A DNA stretch of 64,000 nucleotides from a bacterium (GCA_963674595.2 CAXXFV010000015.1:288001-352000); one strand, 5' to 3'; positions 8,184 through 18,289 are shown, counted from the first letter of the stretch. Notes: a model not told the origin generated them from the sequence alone. Program-made: numbers and translations.

Positions 8184-10139
8184 ATGAGTTACCTAAGTAC
8201 AATGGATTATGCTATTATTCTGATCTATCTGTCGATTTTAATAGGTCTGGGATTTTATCTTGCAAAAAAAGCATCGAACAATTTGAATGAATATTTTTTA
8301 GGTGGGCATAAAATTCCCTGGTGGGCAATGGGCCTTTCGGGAATGGCTTCCTGGCTGGACATTGCAGGAACAATGCTTATTATTTCTTTTATTTTTATGC
8401 TGGGACCCCGTGGACTATATATTGAATTTCGTGGCGGTGTGGGTCTTGTTCTCATTTTTACGCTTTTGTGGACAGGCAAGTGGCATTATCGCTCCGGATG
8501 TATGACCGGTGCAGAGTGGATGGAGTATCGGTTCGGTAGTGGTATTGGTGGACAAGCGGCCAGGATCATGTCTGCTGTTGCACGTATTGTATTAACTATT
8601 GGTTTACTGTCTTATATGATTACAGGTGTTGGGTTGTTTTTGTCCACGTTTTTACCTTTTTCGCCTTTAACCTGTTCTATTATAATGATCGGTGTGGCCA
8701 CAATTTACACCTTGTGTTCCGGTTTTTATGGTGTGGTTTATACGGATATATTTCAGTCTGTTATTATTATGTCAGCCACAATTTTAATAATTGTTTTGGC
8801 TGTTTCTAAAATAGCCAGCCCTGAACAATTGTCACACTTGGCTACCGAAATTACCGGTAATTCACAATGGACCAGTTCTGCGCTTCACTGGAAAACATCC
8901 ATGCCGGCGGGTTATGAAGCTTATCAATATTTAATGTTTTTTGCTATATTTTATCTTTTAAGAAATGTATTGGGTGGAATGGGTGTTGGTGATGATCCCA
9001 AGTATTTTGGCGCCCGAAATGAACGAGAGTGTGGAACACTTTCCTTTTTATGGGGAACCTGTATGGTTGTCCGTTGGCCGTTGATTATGGGAATTTCAAT
9101 TCTGGGATTGTATTTGATGAAGGACTTGTTCCCCGATCAGGGCATATTGTTACAGGCTGCTGAGTTGATAAAATCCTATTTTCCGGATGTAACAAAATCC
9201 GAATGGACAACCTTGTTATCAAGTATTCAGAATGCGCCGCAAAATTATTCAAAGGAGCTCATTTCAGGACTTGAAGGTTTGTTTCATAGCGGCTGGAAGG
9301 AAAGGCTGCTGTTAATAGGGTACGAGGGTGGAGTAAATCCGGAACGTGTAATGCCGGCGGTTCTTTTTTATGTTATTCCTTATGGAACCCGAGGTTTATT
9401 ATTGGTGGCTTTACTCGCTGCATCCATGTCAACATTTGATTCCACAGTTAATTCTGCAACAGCTTTTTTTACACGTGATATTTATCAACGATATTTAAGG
9501 CCAAAGGCAAAAAACAGAGAGCTTATAAATATTTCTTATGTTTTTATTATATTGATGGTTGCTAGTGCATTTTTTATGGCAGAAACCATTAAAAGCATCA
9601 ATGATATTTGGGGATGGATTGCCATGGGATTAACAGCGGGCATGATTATTCCAAATTTTCTTAGATTTTACTGGTGGCGGTTTAACGGAACCGGGTTTGC
9701 TTTGGGAATGATTATCGGTATGCTGGGTGCTTTTATCCAACGGGCCCTATGGCCGGATTTGGTGGAATGGCAGATGTTTCTTATACTGATATTTATAGGG
9801 CTTACCGGATCAATTGTAGCTTCTTTACTGACCTCTCCCACAGACGATAAAACATTGTGGCATTTTTATCAAACAACGCGTCCCTTTGGATTATGGGGGC
9901 GTTATAAAAAACGATTGCCGGAAAATGTTCGCACCAGGATGGAAAAAGAACACAAAAATGATTTATTGGCTGTACCCTTTACATTTTTATGGAATGTAAC
10001 ACTGTTGCTTTTACCGATGCAGCTTTTAATCCGTACGTATAAATCATTTTTTATAACATTGTCTATTTTTCTTTTTGCTCTTGGTGGTATGTACTGGTTT
10101 TGGTACAGGCATTTACCGCCGGCAGAAGAAAAACAGTAA
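8184..10139 (+). CDS. Sodium:solute symporter family protein
   Basis: D..II..Y, YFLGG..IPWW..GLS, EWMEYRFG, VVYTD..Q, AASMST.DS..NS; many TM segments. Start placed at ATG 8184 after AGGAG. Confidence 0.92.
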   Translation: MSYLSTMDYAIILIYLSILIGLGFYLAKKASNNLNEYFLGGHKIPWWAMGLSGMASWLDIAGTMLIISFIFMLGPRGLYIEFRGGVGLVLIFTLLWTGKWHYRSGCMTGAEWMEYRFGSGIGGQAARIMSAVARIVLTIGLLSYMITGVGLFLSTFLPFSPLTCSIIMIGVATIYTLCSGFYGVVYTDIFQSVIIMSATILIIVLAVSKIASPEQLSHLATEITGNSQWTSSALHWKTSMPAGYEAYQYLMFFAIFYLLRNVLGGMGVGDDPKYFGARNERECGTLSFLWGTCMVVRWPLIMGISILGLYLMKDLFPDQGILLQAAELIKSYFPDVTKSEWTTLLSSIQNAPQNYSKELISGLEGLFHSGWKERLLLIGYEGGVNPERVMPAVLFYVIPYGTRGLLLVALLAASMSTFDSTVNSATAFFTRDIYQRYLRPKAKNRELINISYVFIILMVASAFFMAETIKSINDIWGWIAMGLTAGMIIPNFLRFYWWRFNGTGFALGMIIGMLGAFIQRALWPDLVEWQMFLILIFIGLTGSIVASLLTSPTDDKTLWHFYQTTRPFGLWGRYKKRLPENVRTRMEKEHKNDLLAVPFTFLWNVTLLLLPMQLLIRTYKSFFITLSIFLFALGGMYWFWYRHLPPAEEKQ

Positions 10140-10172
10140 TTTTAAATTAAACTGTAATACGAATCTCGTTTT

Positions 10173-12140
10173 TTAATCTGTTTCGACTTGAAAGGTTGCT
10201 TTGGCAACTTTAGATTCTTCGTCCGTTAAAATACGATCAATGTCCAGTAATACCCGGACATGCTGATGACTTTTTGCAATAGCAAGAATGTAATCCGTAT
10301 TTGTATTGACGCCAAAGGATGGAGTGTCTTCCAAATCGTTGACTTTGATGTCAGATATATCTGAAACGGCATCAACAATGACACCTACTTGCACACTGCT
10401 GCCATTTGTGCCGATTTCCAGGATAACAATGACACTTCTGTCTGTATATTCAAATTCCTGCATACCCAAACGAAGTCTTAAATCGATTACCGGAATGATT
10501 CTGTTGCGTAAATTTATCATACCTTTTACTGACGGGGGCGCTTTGGGTATTTTTCGGATCGGCATGAGTCCTATAATTTCGCGGATTTTAAGAATATCAA
10601 TACCGAATTGTTGTTCGCCAAGGAGCAACGTTAAATATTTACCTTCTTTATTAATTAACGATTTGTCACGTTGATCAACACTGGCTGAAGCGCTGCGTGA
10701 AAGCAATTCTCCAACAGCATCTGACGATGTAAGCAGTTGTGTTTTTTTACGGCCGATTTCAGTTTTTATATTTGCGGCATTGGCAAATCGCAGGTCTACA
10801 AATTCTTCCAGATCTATTAAATTTCCTATTCCCATCTGATCGTGCATGTAATGCTGGATTTTATCCAGATCTTCAATGGATGGATACAAGTTATCGGTTT
10901 TAATCCCTTTTGGTTCAGTTAATACATTTTTAAGTAAAGGAACTTTAAGACCAAGTGAGCCGTCCGGGTCTAAGAATTGAACAGCGATTTCAGCAGACAT
11001 GGAAGGTTTTTCTGCAATAAAATTTCCGGCGGTAACCAGCATTTTTGTGAATTCATAAACCGCTGCTTCGTGTTTATTAATGAAATCTTTTTGCATGGTT
11101 ACAACACAACAGGGATGTTGATCCCAAATTTCACTTGATAAAAATTGTAATTCGGCAATCCCGGATGCGATCGCTTTTGTTCCAAGCGGTTCAGCTACGA
11201 GGTAACCACAGGCATTTGGATTGGCTCCTAAAAATTCCGGCATTTTAACCGGCGGAGCAACTTCAAAACTGACATCGACTCCTTTTTGTCCGACTACTCC
11301 GGGTTGAAGGCCGATTCCCTTAAAAAAGATATGTCCCAGCATATTATGAATGGACATTGTATGAGGAATATAAAAGGATTTATTTCTATAAAAGTTTTGA
11401 TAAGGTTCAGAAAATTCGCCGCCTTTTTTATTACGGACTGAGATACTGCCGTTTCGGTGGGCAAATAATATAAGACTTAACGGTACGTTATAGCTGAACA
11501 GGTCCATAGCGATGGGCGCCAATACACATGCCCCGTCTATAGCCCCGTTTTCCAAAGCATCCGAAACAGGATTCCAACTGGACATGCACATTGTTTCCAG
11601 CTCAAAATGTTGAGGATTTAGCTCTCCGGTTTCAATCAAATGTTTTAATACACCAAGTACAAGATGGTCGGTGATCTGTATATGGCCAATACGCATAACA
11701 ACTTTGCCGGACTTGCCGTATTCTGTTTGTCGGCTGACCTGTTTTTCTTTGGTTTTTTTACCAAATGCTTCTTCAATTTTTTCACTTAACTCTTTGGCGT
11801 TAAATGGTTTGGATATAAAGCTGCTTACTCCGGCTTCTGATGCTTTGTTCATTTCCTTCCGTTCGCCGCGTCCTGTTGCCATAATGAAAGGGATATGTTT
11901 TGTTGATTCGTTTTTCCGAATCCAAACCAACAAATCATATCCGCTTACATTCGGCATATTCCAGTCACTGATAACGAGATCAAAATTAGGATTTTTGCCA
12001 AGTAATGTTATTGCCTCATCACCATCTTTTGCTTCGGTAATTTTATTAAAGCCTAATGTTTGAAGAGTTTTTGCCTCCATTTTAAGCATAACGGCTGCAT
12101 CTTCAACTAAAAGTATGCTTATACCATTGTCAACCGGCAT
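10173..12140 (-). CDS. CheY-like receiver - NrtA/CmpA/NMT1-type binding domain - CheW fusion protein
   Basis: N-term LLVED...SDWNMP...KPF; middle GHIQITDHL...SW...DG...LAP...EPLG...HPCC; C-term YLT..LG...FGIDI..IREI...GMINLR..IIPVIDLR...GVIVDAVSDI. Confidence 0.9.
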   Translation of the reverse strand: MPVDNGISILLVEDAAVMLKMEAKTLQTLGFNKITEAKDGDEAITLLGKNPNFDLVISDWNMPNVSGYDLLVWIRKNESTKHIPFIMATGRGERKEMNKASEAGVSSFISKPFNAKELSEKIEEAFGKKTKEKQVSRQTEYGKSGKVVMRIGHIQITDHLVLGVLKHLIETGELNPQHFELETMCMSSWNPVSDALENGAIDGACVLAPIAMDLFSYNVPLSLILFAHRNGSISVRNKKGGEFSEPYQNFYRNKSFYIPHTMSIHNMLGHIFFKGIGLQPGVVGQKGVDVSFEVAPPVKMPEFLGANPNACGYLVAEPLGTKAIASGIAELQFLSSEIWDQHPCCVVTMQKDFINKHEAAVYEFTKMLVTAGNFIAEKPSMSAEIAVQFLDPDGSLGLKVPLLKNVLTEPKGIKTDNLYPSIEDLDKIQHYMHDQMGIGNLIDLEEFVDLRFANAANIKTEIGRKKTQLLTSSDAVGELLSRSASASVDQRDKSLINKEGKYLTLLLGEQQFGIDILKIREIIGLMPIRKIPKAPPSVKGMINLRNRIIPVIDLRLRLGMQEFEYTDRSVIVILEIGTNGSSVQVGVIVDAVSDISDIKVNDLEDTPSFGVNTNTDYILAIAKSHQHVRVLLDIDRILTDEESKVAKATFQVETD

Positions 12141-12162
12141 TTACTGTCCTCCACAATCTTTT

Positions 12163-12801
12163 TTATTGGTCTTCTACTGTCTCATTGTCCGTTTCATATT
12201 CATCAAGGCGTTCCATAATATATTGCTGTGTGTCCAGAACAAGCTGTGGTAACTTTCCACCAAACATTTGTGCCACTTCTGAATATGCCTGATTTATATA
12301 GCCTTTTACATAATCGACATCTATGGGTCCATTTGGATTTTTAGGAACCCAAATATCAAGAATTCGTTGTGCCGTTTTTTCTACCCCAAAATATTCCGGT
12401 ACAATACCATTTTGTACTTTTTCCCAATCTTCAGAATTATTGGCGAAATAATCACCCAGTCCGATAGGATCGGTTTCTTCTCCAATATATTTGGAAGCTT
12501 CGACAAGTCCTTTTTCAAGCTCTGGAAATGCTTCGGTTCCATTGAGTGCTCTATAAAGTAATGTATATGTTTGACGCCAGATTTGTTGTCGAATCTCTTC
12601 TTTGTCAGCAATCTTTTTCTCTTCTTCATTTTGTAAAGCTTCAGTTTTTGAAATCATCGTTCCTTGGGCATCATATCTGTCTGTTTGTTTCTTTTGCGCA
12701 ACTGAATCTTTAGTATATTCGGATTTCTCATTTTTTTGCTTTTTTTGAAGAGCTTGTTTTTCATAATCCGGCTGAACTGAGGAAATGGATGATATGTCCA
12801 T
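12163..12801 (-). CDS. Hypothetical protein, DUF5610-like C-terminal domain
   Basis: YFGVEKTAQRILD and MFGGKLPQLVLDT...MERLDEY resemble DUF5610. ATG at 12801 follows AGGAG. Confidence 0.65.
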   Translation of the reverse strand: MDISSISSVQPDYEKQALQKKQKNEKSEYTKDSVAQKKQTDRYDAQGTMISKTEALQNEEEKKIADKEEIRQQIWRQTYTLLYRALNGTEAFPELEKGLVEASKYIGEETDPIGLGDYFANNSEDWEKVQNGIVPEYFGVEKTAQRILDIWVPKNPNGPIDVDYVKGYINQAYSEVAQMFGGKLPQLVLDTQQYIMERLDEYETDNETVEDQ

Positions 12802-12907
12802 AATATTAGCTCCTAAATTGCTCAATATAATTGCTTATATACCTGGTTGCCTTTTTGTATATTTATTGTTTTTGGTTGAGATTATTTAAATTAATCATGA
12901 GAGTACC

Positions 12908-12923
12908 AGCAAAATAAATGCCA
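12908..12923 (-). promoter_or_regulatory. sigma54 (-24/-12) promoter
   Basis: Minus strand TGGCATTTATTTTGCT = GG-N10-GC, about 107 nt upstream of the DUF5610-like ATG. Confidence 0.75.
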
Positions 12924-13265
12924 TTATTTCCATGTTTTTTGAAATTTAACGATTTTTATGCATTGTAATATATTGTTTTTTATAATTATATTTAAGTGGT
13001 TAATTGATGTGTATGCAAAATATTGAAAAAGTGGCGAGAAAAGGGGATAACGTGTTTATTTAAACGGACAATTTTTTCTGCATCTGTGTCTTTTTGCAAT
13101 CCGGCACATTCTTCCTCCCGGATGGGCCTCTGTTAAATGGAGAATATAATAAGATGCTCTCTTTCTCTTCCTAAAAATTTAGAACATTTTACAATAGTTT
13201 TACAGTACCTTAAAAATATTCTGCTATATTACTAGGTTTAAATATGAACCACATAGGAGATTTTT

Positions 13266-13907
13266 ATGAAACTCAAGTTACGGGAACCGGTCAATGGCTG
13301 GACACATTTTATTGCTGCACTTTTTTCAATTTTGGGATTGGTTTTATTATTAAATCGTGATTATATAACAAATACCATTTGGCACAACATTTCCTTTTCA
13401 ATTTTCAGTGGGGCAATGATTTTATTATATGTATTTAGCACGCTATATCACTGGTTGTCTTTGTCAAAAAAGAACATACAAATATTTAGAAGAATCGACC
13501 ATATTATGATTTTTATTTTTATTGCGGCGACCTACACACCTGTTTGTTTGATTGTTTTGAAAGGAGCATGGGGATGGTCGATTTTTGGTGTTGTTTGGTT
13601 TACGGCTTTGGCCGGTCTGTTTTTAAAACTTTTTTGGCTGAATGCCCCCCGGTTTTTATATACGTTAATATATGTATTGATGGGGTGGATTATTGTAGTC
13701 GGCATTTGGCCGCTTGCTCATATACTTGCAAAAAACGGTTTGATTTTAATGATAACCGGTGGTGTGTTATACACAACCGGCGCGCTTGTTTATGCCTTTA
13801 AATGGCCGAATCCGAAGCCGGGTATTGCCGGATTTCATGAAATATTTCATGTTTTCATTGTTCTTGGTAGTTTTGCCCACTATATAATGATGTATTTTTA
13901 CGTTTAG
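13266..13907 (+). CDS. Hemolysin III / PAQR family membrane protein
   Basis: EPVN.WTH, STLYH, RRIDH..IF..IAATYTP, HEIFHVF. Confidence 0.95.
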   Translation: MKLKLREPVNGWTHFIAALFSILGLVLLLNRDYITNTIWHNISFSIFSGAMILLYVFSTLYHWLSLSKKNIQIFRRIDHIMIFIFIAATYTPVCLIVLKGAWGWSIFGVVWFTALAGLFLKLFWLNAPRFLYTLIYVLMGWIIVVGIWPLAHILAKNGLILMITGGVLYTTGALVYAFKWPNPKPGIAGFHEIFHVFIVLGSFAHYIMMYFYV

Positions 13908-14044
13908 ATTTTTTTTATTGAATCCTGCAAAATGATACACCCTGAAAAAATATAATTGATCCTGCTTGTGTCATTTCAAAACTCTTGATACATTTCAAAA
14001 GATTGTATATTAATATTTTTATTTACCCTGTCATGGAGGCCATT

Positions 14045-15238
14045 ATGATGACCAAAATTTTATGGGGTTGTTGCACAGTGTTATGCGTTGCATTTTTATT
14101 TTGTGACGATGATAATCCGGCGGAATCTAATGAAAATCTAATCAAAGCATCAGAGGGAGGAACGCTTTCAACAGAAAACGGTATTTCGTTAATTATACCT
14201 CCCGATGCACTGGAAAAGGACACAGAAATTACGCTCACTCCTCTGGACGGCAGTGCTTTTGATGCATCAGCGGTTATTGGTGTCAAGCTGGGACCGGATG
14301 GTTTGGTGTTTAAACTACCTGTTCTGTTAAGATTCCCCTTACCGGCTGATTGGCCTGAAAATGAATTGCCGGCGATTTATGAAGCGCCAGGCACAAATCC
14401 ACAGGATTTTATGCTCACCGGTTTAGCCGCCGGTTTAACCGGGTCTGTCGGCAAGTACAAGGCTGAACTTGAACTGGAGCATTTTACCTCCATTGCCATG
14501 GCCCGTAATTGTCACATGGGCGCCATGACCTATCTAATGAGGCAGTTTGAACAATATGGATGCGATATCGATATAATGACCAATCAAGTACGATTGAAAC
14601 ATGGGAACAAGTTTTCTGTCGATCCTTTTGGCAACCAGCCGGGTGAGTATACAACCGGTAATGTTTCCATGCAATGTTTTTTAGATTACTATTTTGATAA
14701 TGCACGCGGATTCGAAGAGTATGAACAAGTATCGCAAAGTTTTTTAGACAGACTGGAAGGATATATGAAATGGGACGAAAAAGAGATTGTTGTTGCTTTT
14801 AATACAAAATGGGAGGATAATAATTCCGACGGTTTTTATGATGGATTTGCTCATTCGGCTGTTTTGGAGATCGTTAATGGTGAGTTAAAACTGCGCCAGA
14901 GTGTTAGCGCTAAAGACAGTGTTATTGATAAACTCGTTGCGAAAAATGGTGATAATGTTTTTTATTATCCGCAAAGTGGTTCGTTAACAGCCGAACAATT
15001 AAACAGTTTTAGACAGTTAAAATCCGGAGTTGGTGTGGAAATGGAATTGTGCGGAACACCGGGTTGTTTGTTTAAACATAAACTGGAAAACAGGGCAACA
15101 CCCTATAAAGCGATTCGGTTTTATGTGTCAAAATACACACATGATGATAATCCCTGCAATCCCGGTCAGACCTGCATTCAGATTGCCTATCCATTGTCGC
15201 CAGAAGAATCCGTTTTTGACGAGTCATTTCAACCGTGA
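14045..15238 (+). CDS. Hypothetical exported (lipo)protein with ZU5-like domain and possible Cys/His papain-like domain
   Basis: Signal peptide ending FC; GG.L....GISL.IPPDAL, LGPDGL.F..PV, LEHFT; then RNCH...AHSAV. Start approximated at the MM after GGAGG. Confidence 0.55.
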   Translation: MMTKILWGCCTVLCVAFLFCDDDNPAESNENLIKASEGGTLSTENGISLIIPPDALEKDTEITLTPLDGSAFDASAVIGVKLGPDGLVFKLPVLLRFPLPADWPENELPAIYEAPGTNPQDFMLTGLAAGLTGSVGKYKAELELEHFTSIAMARNCHMGAMTYLMRQFEQYGCDIDIMTNQVRLKHGNKFSVDPFGNQPGEYTTGNVSMQCFLDYYFDNARGFEEYEQVSQSFLDRLEGYMKWDEKEIVVAFNTKWEDNNSDGFYDGFAHSAVLEIVNGELKLRQSVSAKDSVIDKLVAKNGDNVFYYPQSGSLTAEQLNSFRQLKSGVGVEMELCGTPGCLFKHKLENRATPYKAIRFYVSKYTHDDNPCNPGQTCIQIAYPLSPEESVFDESFQP

Positions 15239-15248
15239 TTTTATAACA

Positions 15249-15899
15249 ATGGCTGACAAATGTATGAAACGGATATTTATTTTTATATTATTTTCGCTGG
15301 TGTTGAATGAAACTGCTTTTGCTGAAAACCGTGATTCGACCCTGGCTGTTATGAAAAGAAATATTCATTTTATTACCAATGCGGCGGAACAGTTTCATAT
15401 CAATCCAATATATTTGTCAGCCATTATTTATACGGAACGGCACCAAAATTATTCCTGGCAGGACCGAGTGTTCGATATTGATCTTTATAAAAAATTGGGG
15501 AAAAACAGCTCTATCGGATTTTGCCAGATTAAAATTAAAACAGCTTATTTTATCGACTATTGCTACAATACGGATAATTATTTGTATTTCCCGGGGAAAC
15601 AATACGAAAAGATGTTGGTACAAAGTGATAATCCGGATGACTTGATTACACGGCTTGTTGATGATTCTACAAATATTTGCTATGCCGCCGCCTATTTACG
15701 TGTAATTGCCGGCCGATGGGAATCTGCCGGATTTCCAATTGATGACAGACCGGATATTCTGGGGACTTTATATTCAACCGGCCTGTTTTACAAAGACGGG
15801 TCGGAGCGGAAACCACATGCCGTACCGTGTGCAAATGCTTTTGGTAAAGATGTGGATTCGATAACTGACTTTATAAAGAATGAGTTGTTTGATCAATAG
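15249..15899 (+). CDS. Exported lytic transglycosylase/lysozyme-like protein
   Basis: Signal peptide, AA..F.I.P..L.AII..E (catalytic Glu), SIG..QI, NI.YAAAYL. Start is ATG 15249 or 15264 rather than the ORF-track start. Confidence 0.6.
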   Translation: MADKCMKRIFIFILFSLVLNETAFAENRDSTLAVMKRNIHFITNAAEQFHINPIYLSAIIYTERHQNYSWQDRVFDIDLYKKLGKNSSIGFCQIKIKTAYFIDYCYNTDNYLYFPGKQYEKMLVQSDNPDDLITRLVDDSTNICYAAAYLRVIAGRWESAGFPIDDRPDILGTLYSTGLFYKDGSERKPHAVPCANAFGKDVDSITDFIKNELFDQ

Positions 15900-15916
15900 T
15901 TTTTTATTTATTAAAT

Positions 15917-16444
15917 CTATGTACCAGTAGAGCCTTTTAACACCATTGGTAATCCACACACCATCATAATGACATTATCAGCCAGACACGCAATGTCCTG
16001 GTTAAGCCGTCCTGCTGCATCCCGAAATTGACGTGATAGCTTATGTTCTGGGACAATACCGTTACCAACCTCGTTGGTTACAATTAAGACATCACACCTG
16101 ATATTTTCCAGCTTTTTAAAAAAGTTGTTTATGGTATTAATGCGATGCTCTTTATCTTTATATTGAAAAAAAAGATTTCCAAGCCATACAGTGATGCAAT
16201 CAACAATTATCACATCAACTTTATCCTCAAGTTTTTCAAGAGCCTTGTCTAAATATAAAGGCTCTTCAACAGTGATGTAACCTTTGCGTTCGTTGCGATG
16301 GTTGGCAATCCGAACTTTCATTTCATCATCCATTGCAATGGCCGTTGCAATAAAGCCACGTTTTGCATAGTTTAAAGTATGTTCCAATACATAGCGGCTT
16401 TTTCCGCTGCGGGCGCCGCCGGTTACAAGTGAAATGTTTCCCAT
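15917..16444 (-). CDS. cobU: Bifunctional adenosylcobinamide kinase / cobinamide-phosphate guanylyltransferase
   Basis: LVTGGARSGKS, IATA, RI..HR..R, EEP, VDC, VTNEVG.GIVP, FRD..GRLNQ. Confidence 0.95.
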   Translation of the reverse strand: MGNISLVTGGARSGKSRYVLEHTLNYAKRGFIATAIAMDDEMKVRIANHRNERKGYITVEEPLYLDKALEKLEDKVDVIIVDCITVWLGNLFFQYKDKEHRINTINNFFKKLENIRCDVLIVTNEVGNGIVPEHKLSRQFRDAAGRLNQDIACLADNVIMMVCGLPMVLKGSTGT

Positions 16445-16483
16445 TTTGGTAAATACCTTTAAAGCTGGGTTATGGAATATTTT

Positions 16484-17488
16484 TTATTGTTTCTGCATAA
16501 TACGCTTTTCTAAAGAGCCGTTTAAAAGCAGCCAAATGAAAAAGGGCCCTCCAAGAAGAGCCGTTAGTACACCGACAGGGATTTCAGTCGGTGCGATAAT
16601 AGTACGTGCCAAAGTATCACAAAAAACCAAAAATGCACCACCAAACAAAAAGCTGGCCGGAGCAAGAAACCGATGATCTGCTCCGATGATTAATCGACAC
16701 ATGTGTGGGGCCATCATTCCGATAAAACCAATTGGACCACAAACCGAAACAACAGCACCAATTAAAAGAGATGTTGCAAAAAACAGGGTCCTTTTAACGT
16801 GAATGACATTAACGCCACGGCTGATAGCAATATCATCTCCCAGTAGAAAAATATTTAGTTCTTTTATAAAAAATGTGATCACAAAACCACCGATCAGCAA
16901 AAATGGCATCAGCGTTAAAACCGGTCGAAATCCAACAGTTTCAAATCCACCCATCAGCCAACGGATTATGCGAAAGGAACCGGTAAAATCGGAAAGGTAT
17001 TGTATAAAAAGAATGATACTGGAAAAGAAAAAATTCATGGCTACGCCGGTAATGAGCATATTTGCTGTTGAAAAACCTTGCCGAAGCCTGGAAAGGCCAT
17101 AAACCAGAAGGATGGATGTTAATGCACCTAAAAAAGCGCCTACAGATTGACCGACAATACCAAATATTGAAAAAATGGTCCCGATTTTAATAGTCATAGC
17201 GGCACCAAACGCGGCCCCGCTTGATACGCCAAGGGTAAATGGTGTTGCCAATGGATTTCTGAACATGGCCTGAAAAATCATCCCGCAAACACTTAGAGAT
17301 GCGCCGGCTAAAAAAGCAATAATAACGCGAGGTATCCTTATTTGCCAAAAAATATGTGTCTTGATTTGATTATTATTCTGAAAAAGTTCAACTGGTGAAA
17401 TGTGCTGCATACCTAAAAAGGGAGCTATACAAAGGACAATAAGCGAAAACGTTATTATCCACAAGAATGCTTTGCCTCTGTTTTTCAT
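16484..17488 (-). CDS. btuC: Cobalamin ABC transporter permease (FecCD family)
   Basis: IRIPR, QAMFRNPLA.PF.LGVSSGA, G.IGFIG...PH, EIPVG..TA..GGPFF; B12 riboswitch context. Confidence 0.85.
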   Translation of the reverse strand: MKNRGKAFLWIITFSLIVLCIAPFLGMQHISPVELFQNNNQIKTHIFWQIRIPRVIIAFLAGASLSVCGMIFQAMFRNPLATPFTLGVSSGAAFGAAMTIKIGTIFSIFGIVGQSVGAFLGALTSILLVYGLSRLRQGFSTANMLITGVAMNFFFSSIILFIQYLSDFTGSFRIIRWLMGGFETVGFRPVLTLMPFLLIGGFVITFFIKELNIFLLGDDIAISRGVNVIHVKRTLFFATSLLIGAVVSVCGPIGFIGMMAPHMCRLIIGADHRFLAPASFLFGGAFLVFCDTLARTIIAPTEIPVGVLTALLGGPFFIWLLLNGSLEKRIMQKQ

Positions 17489-17491
17489 ATT

Positions 17492-18277
17492 TTACAAAAC
17501 CTCCGGAGCAATAATACGTTGTCCGGATATCGGATGATCTACAAATGTAAATGGTTTTTCAAAAGCCGGTTCCAGTGTTTTGTTTTGCATCATGTCTTTC
17601 GGAGGACCATTAAATTTTAGATTCCCTGCTTTTAAAATAATAATTCGGTCACTGTGCAGAGCTGCACTGTTGATGTCATGTGTGATGGAAATAATAGTAA
17701 TGCCCATTTTTTTGTTCAGGGTATTTAAAATGTTATGAATATCATTGGTATGTTTTGGGTCCAAAAAACTTGTTGGTTCATCTAATAAAATAACGTTGGC
17801 TCCCTGTGCTAATGCTGCTGCGATAAAAACAATTTGTCGTTCACCCCCGCTTAGTGTATCCAGCGGTCGGTCGGCAAAATTGTTCATTTGCGTTAATGTT
17901 AAAGCCTGTTCTACGGCCTGTTTGTCTTTGGTTTTTAAAGTGCTGAATGGACTGAGATATGGATAACGCCCCATCATAACGAGTTGTTCAACCGTATATG
18001 GAAACAAATGTTCATTACCCTGCGGGACATAACTTAAATATTGTGCTATTTTTTTATGAGTCATGTTTTTGACGGAATGACCCATTAAAAAAATCTCCCC
18101 TTTATAATGGGTATAAATTTGCAGCAGGCATTTTAATAAACTTGTTTTTCCCGCCCCGTTCGGCCCGATGATTGAAATGGATTCGCCCTCGTAAATTGAA
18201 AGAGAGATATTTTGCAAAATTGGTTTTTGCGAAATATGCAGCGATAAATCTTTAATTTCAAGAATTGGTCTTTTCAT
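17492..18277 (-). CDS. btuD: Cobalamin ABC transporter ATP-binding protein
   Basis: GPNGAGKT, LSGGERQ, LLDEPT, THDIN. Confidence 0.85.
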   Translation of the reverse strand: MKRPILEIKDLSLHISQKPILQNISLSIYEGESISIIGPNGAGKTSLLKCLLQIYTHYKGEIFLMGHSVKNMTHKKIAQYLSYVPQGNEHLFPYTVEQLVMMGRYPYLSPFSTLKTKDKQAVEQALTLTQMNNFADRPLDTLSGGERQIVFIAAALAQGANVILLDEPTSFLDPKHTNDIHNILNTLNKKMGITIISITHDINSAALHSDRIIILKAGNLKFNGPPKDMMQNKTLEPAFEKPFTFVDHPISGQRIIAPEVL

Positions 18278-18289
18278 ATCTGTTTTTAT

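Noticed and set aside
13266-13907. Hemolysin III as a virulence toxin
   Set aside because: This PAQR family is widespread in non-pathogens and linked to membrane homeostasis; nothing in the context suggests virulence.
15030-15248. N-terminal extension of the SLT-like ORF overlapping the upstream gene, a possible frameshift fusion
   Set aside because: The downstream protein has its own signal peptide starting at 15249/15264; the overlap is best explained as a chance open frame.
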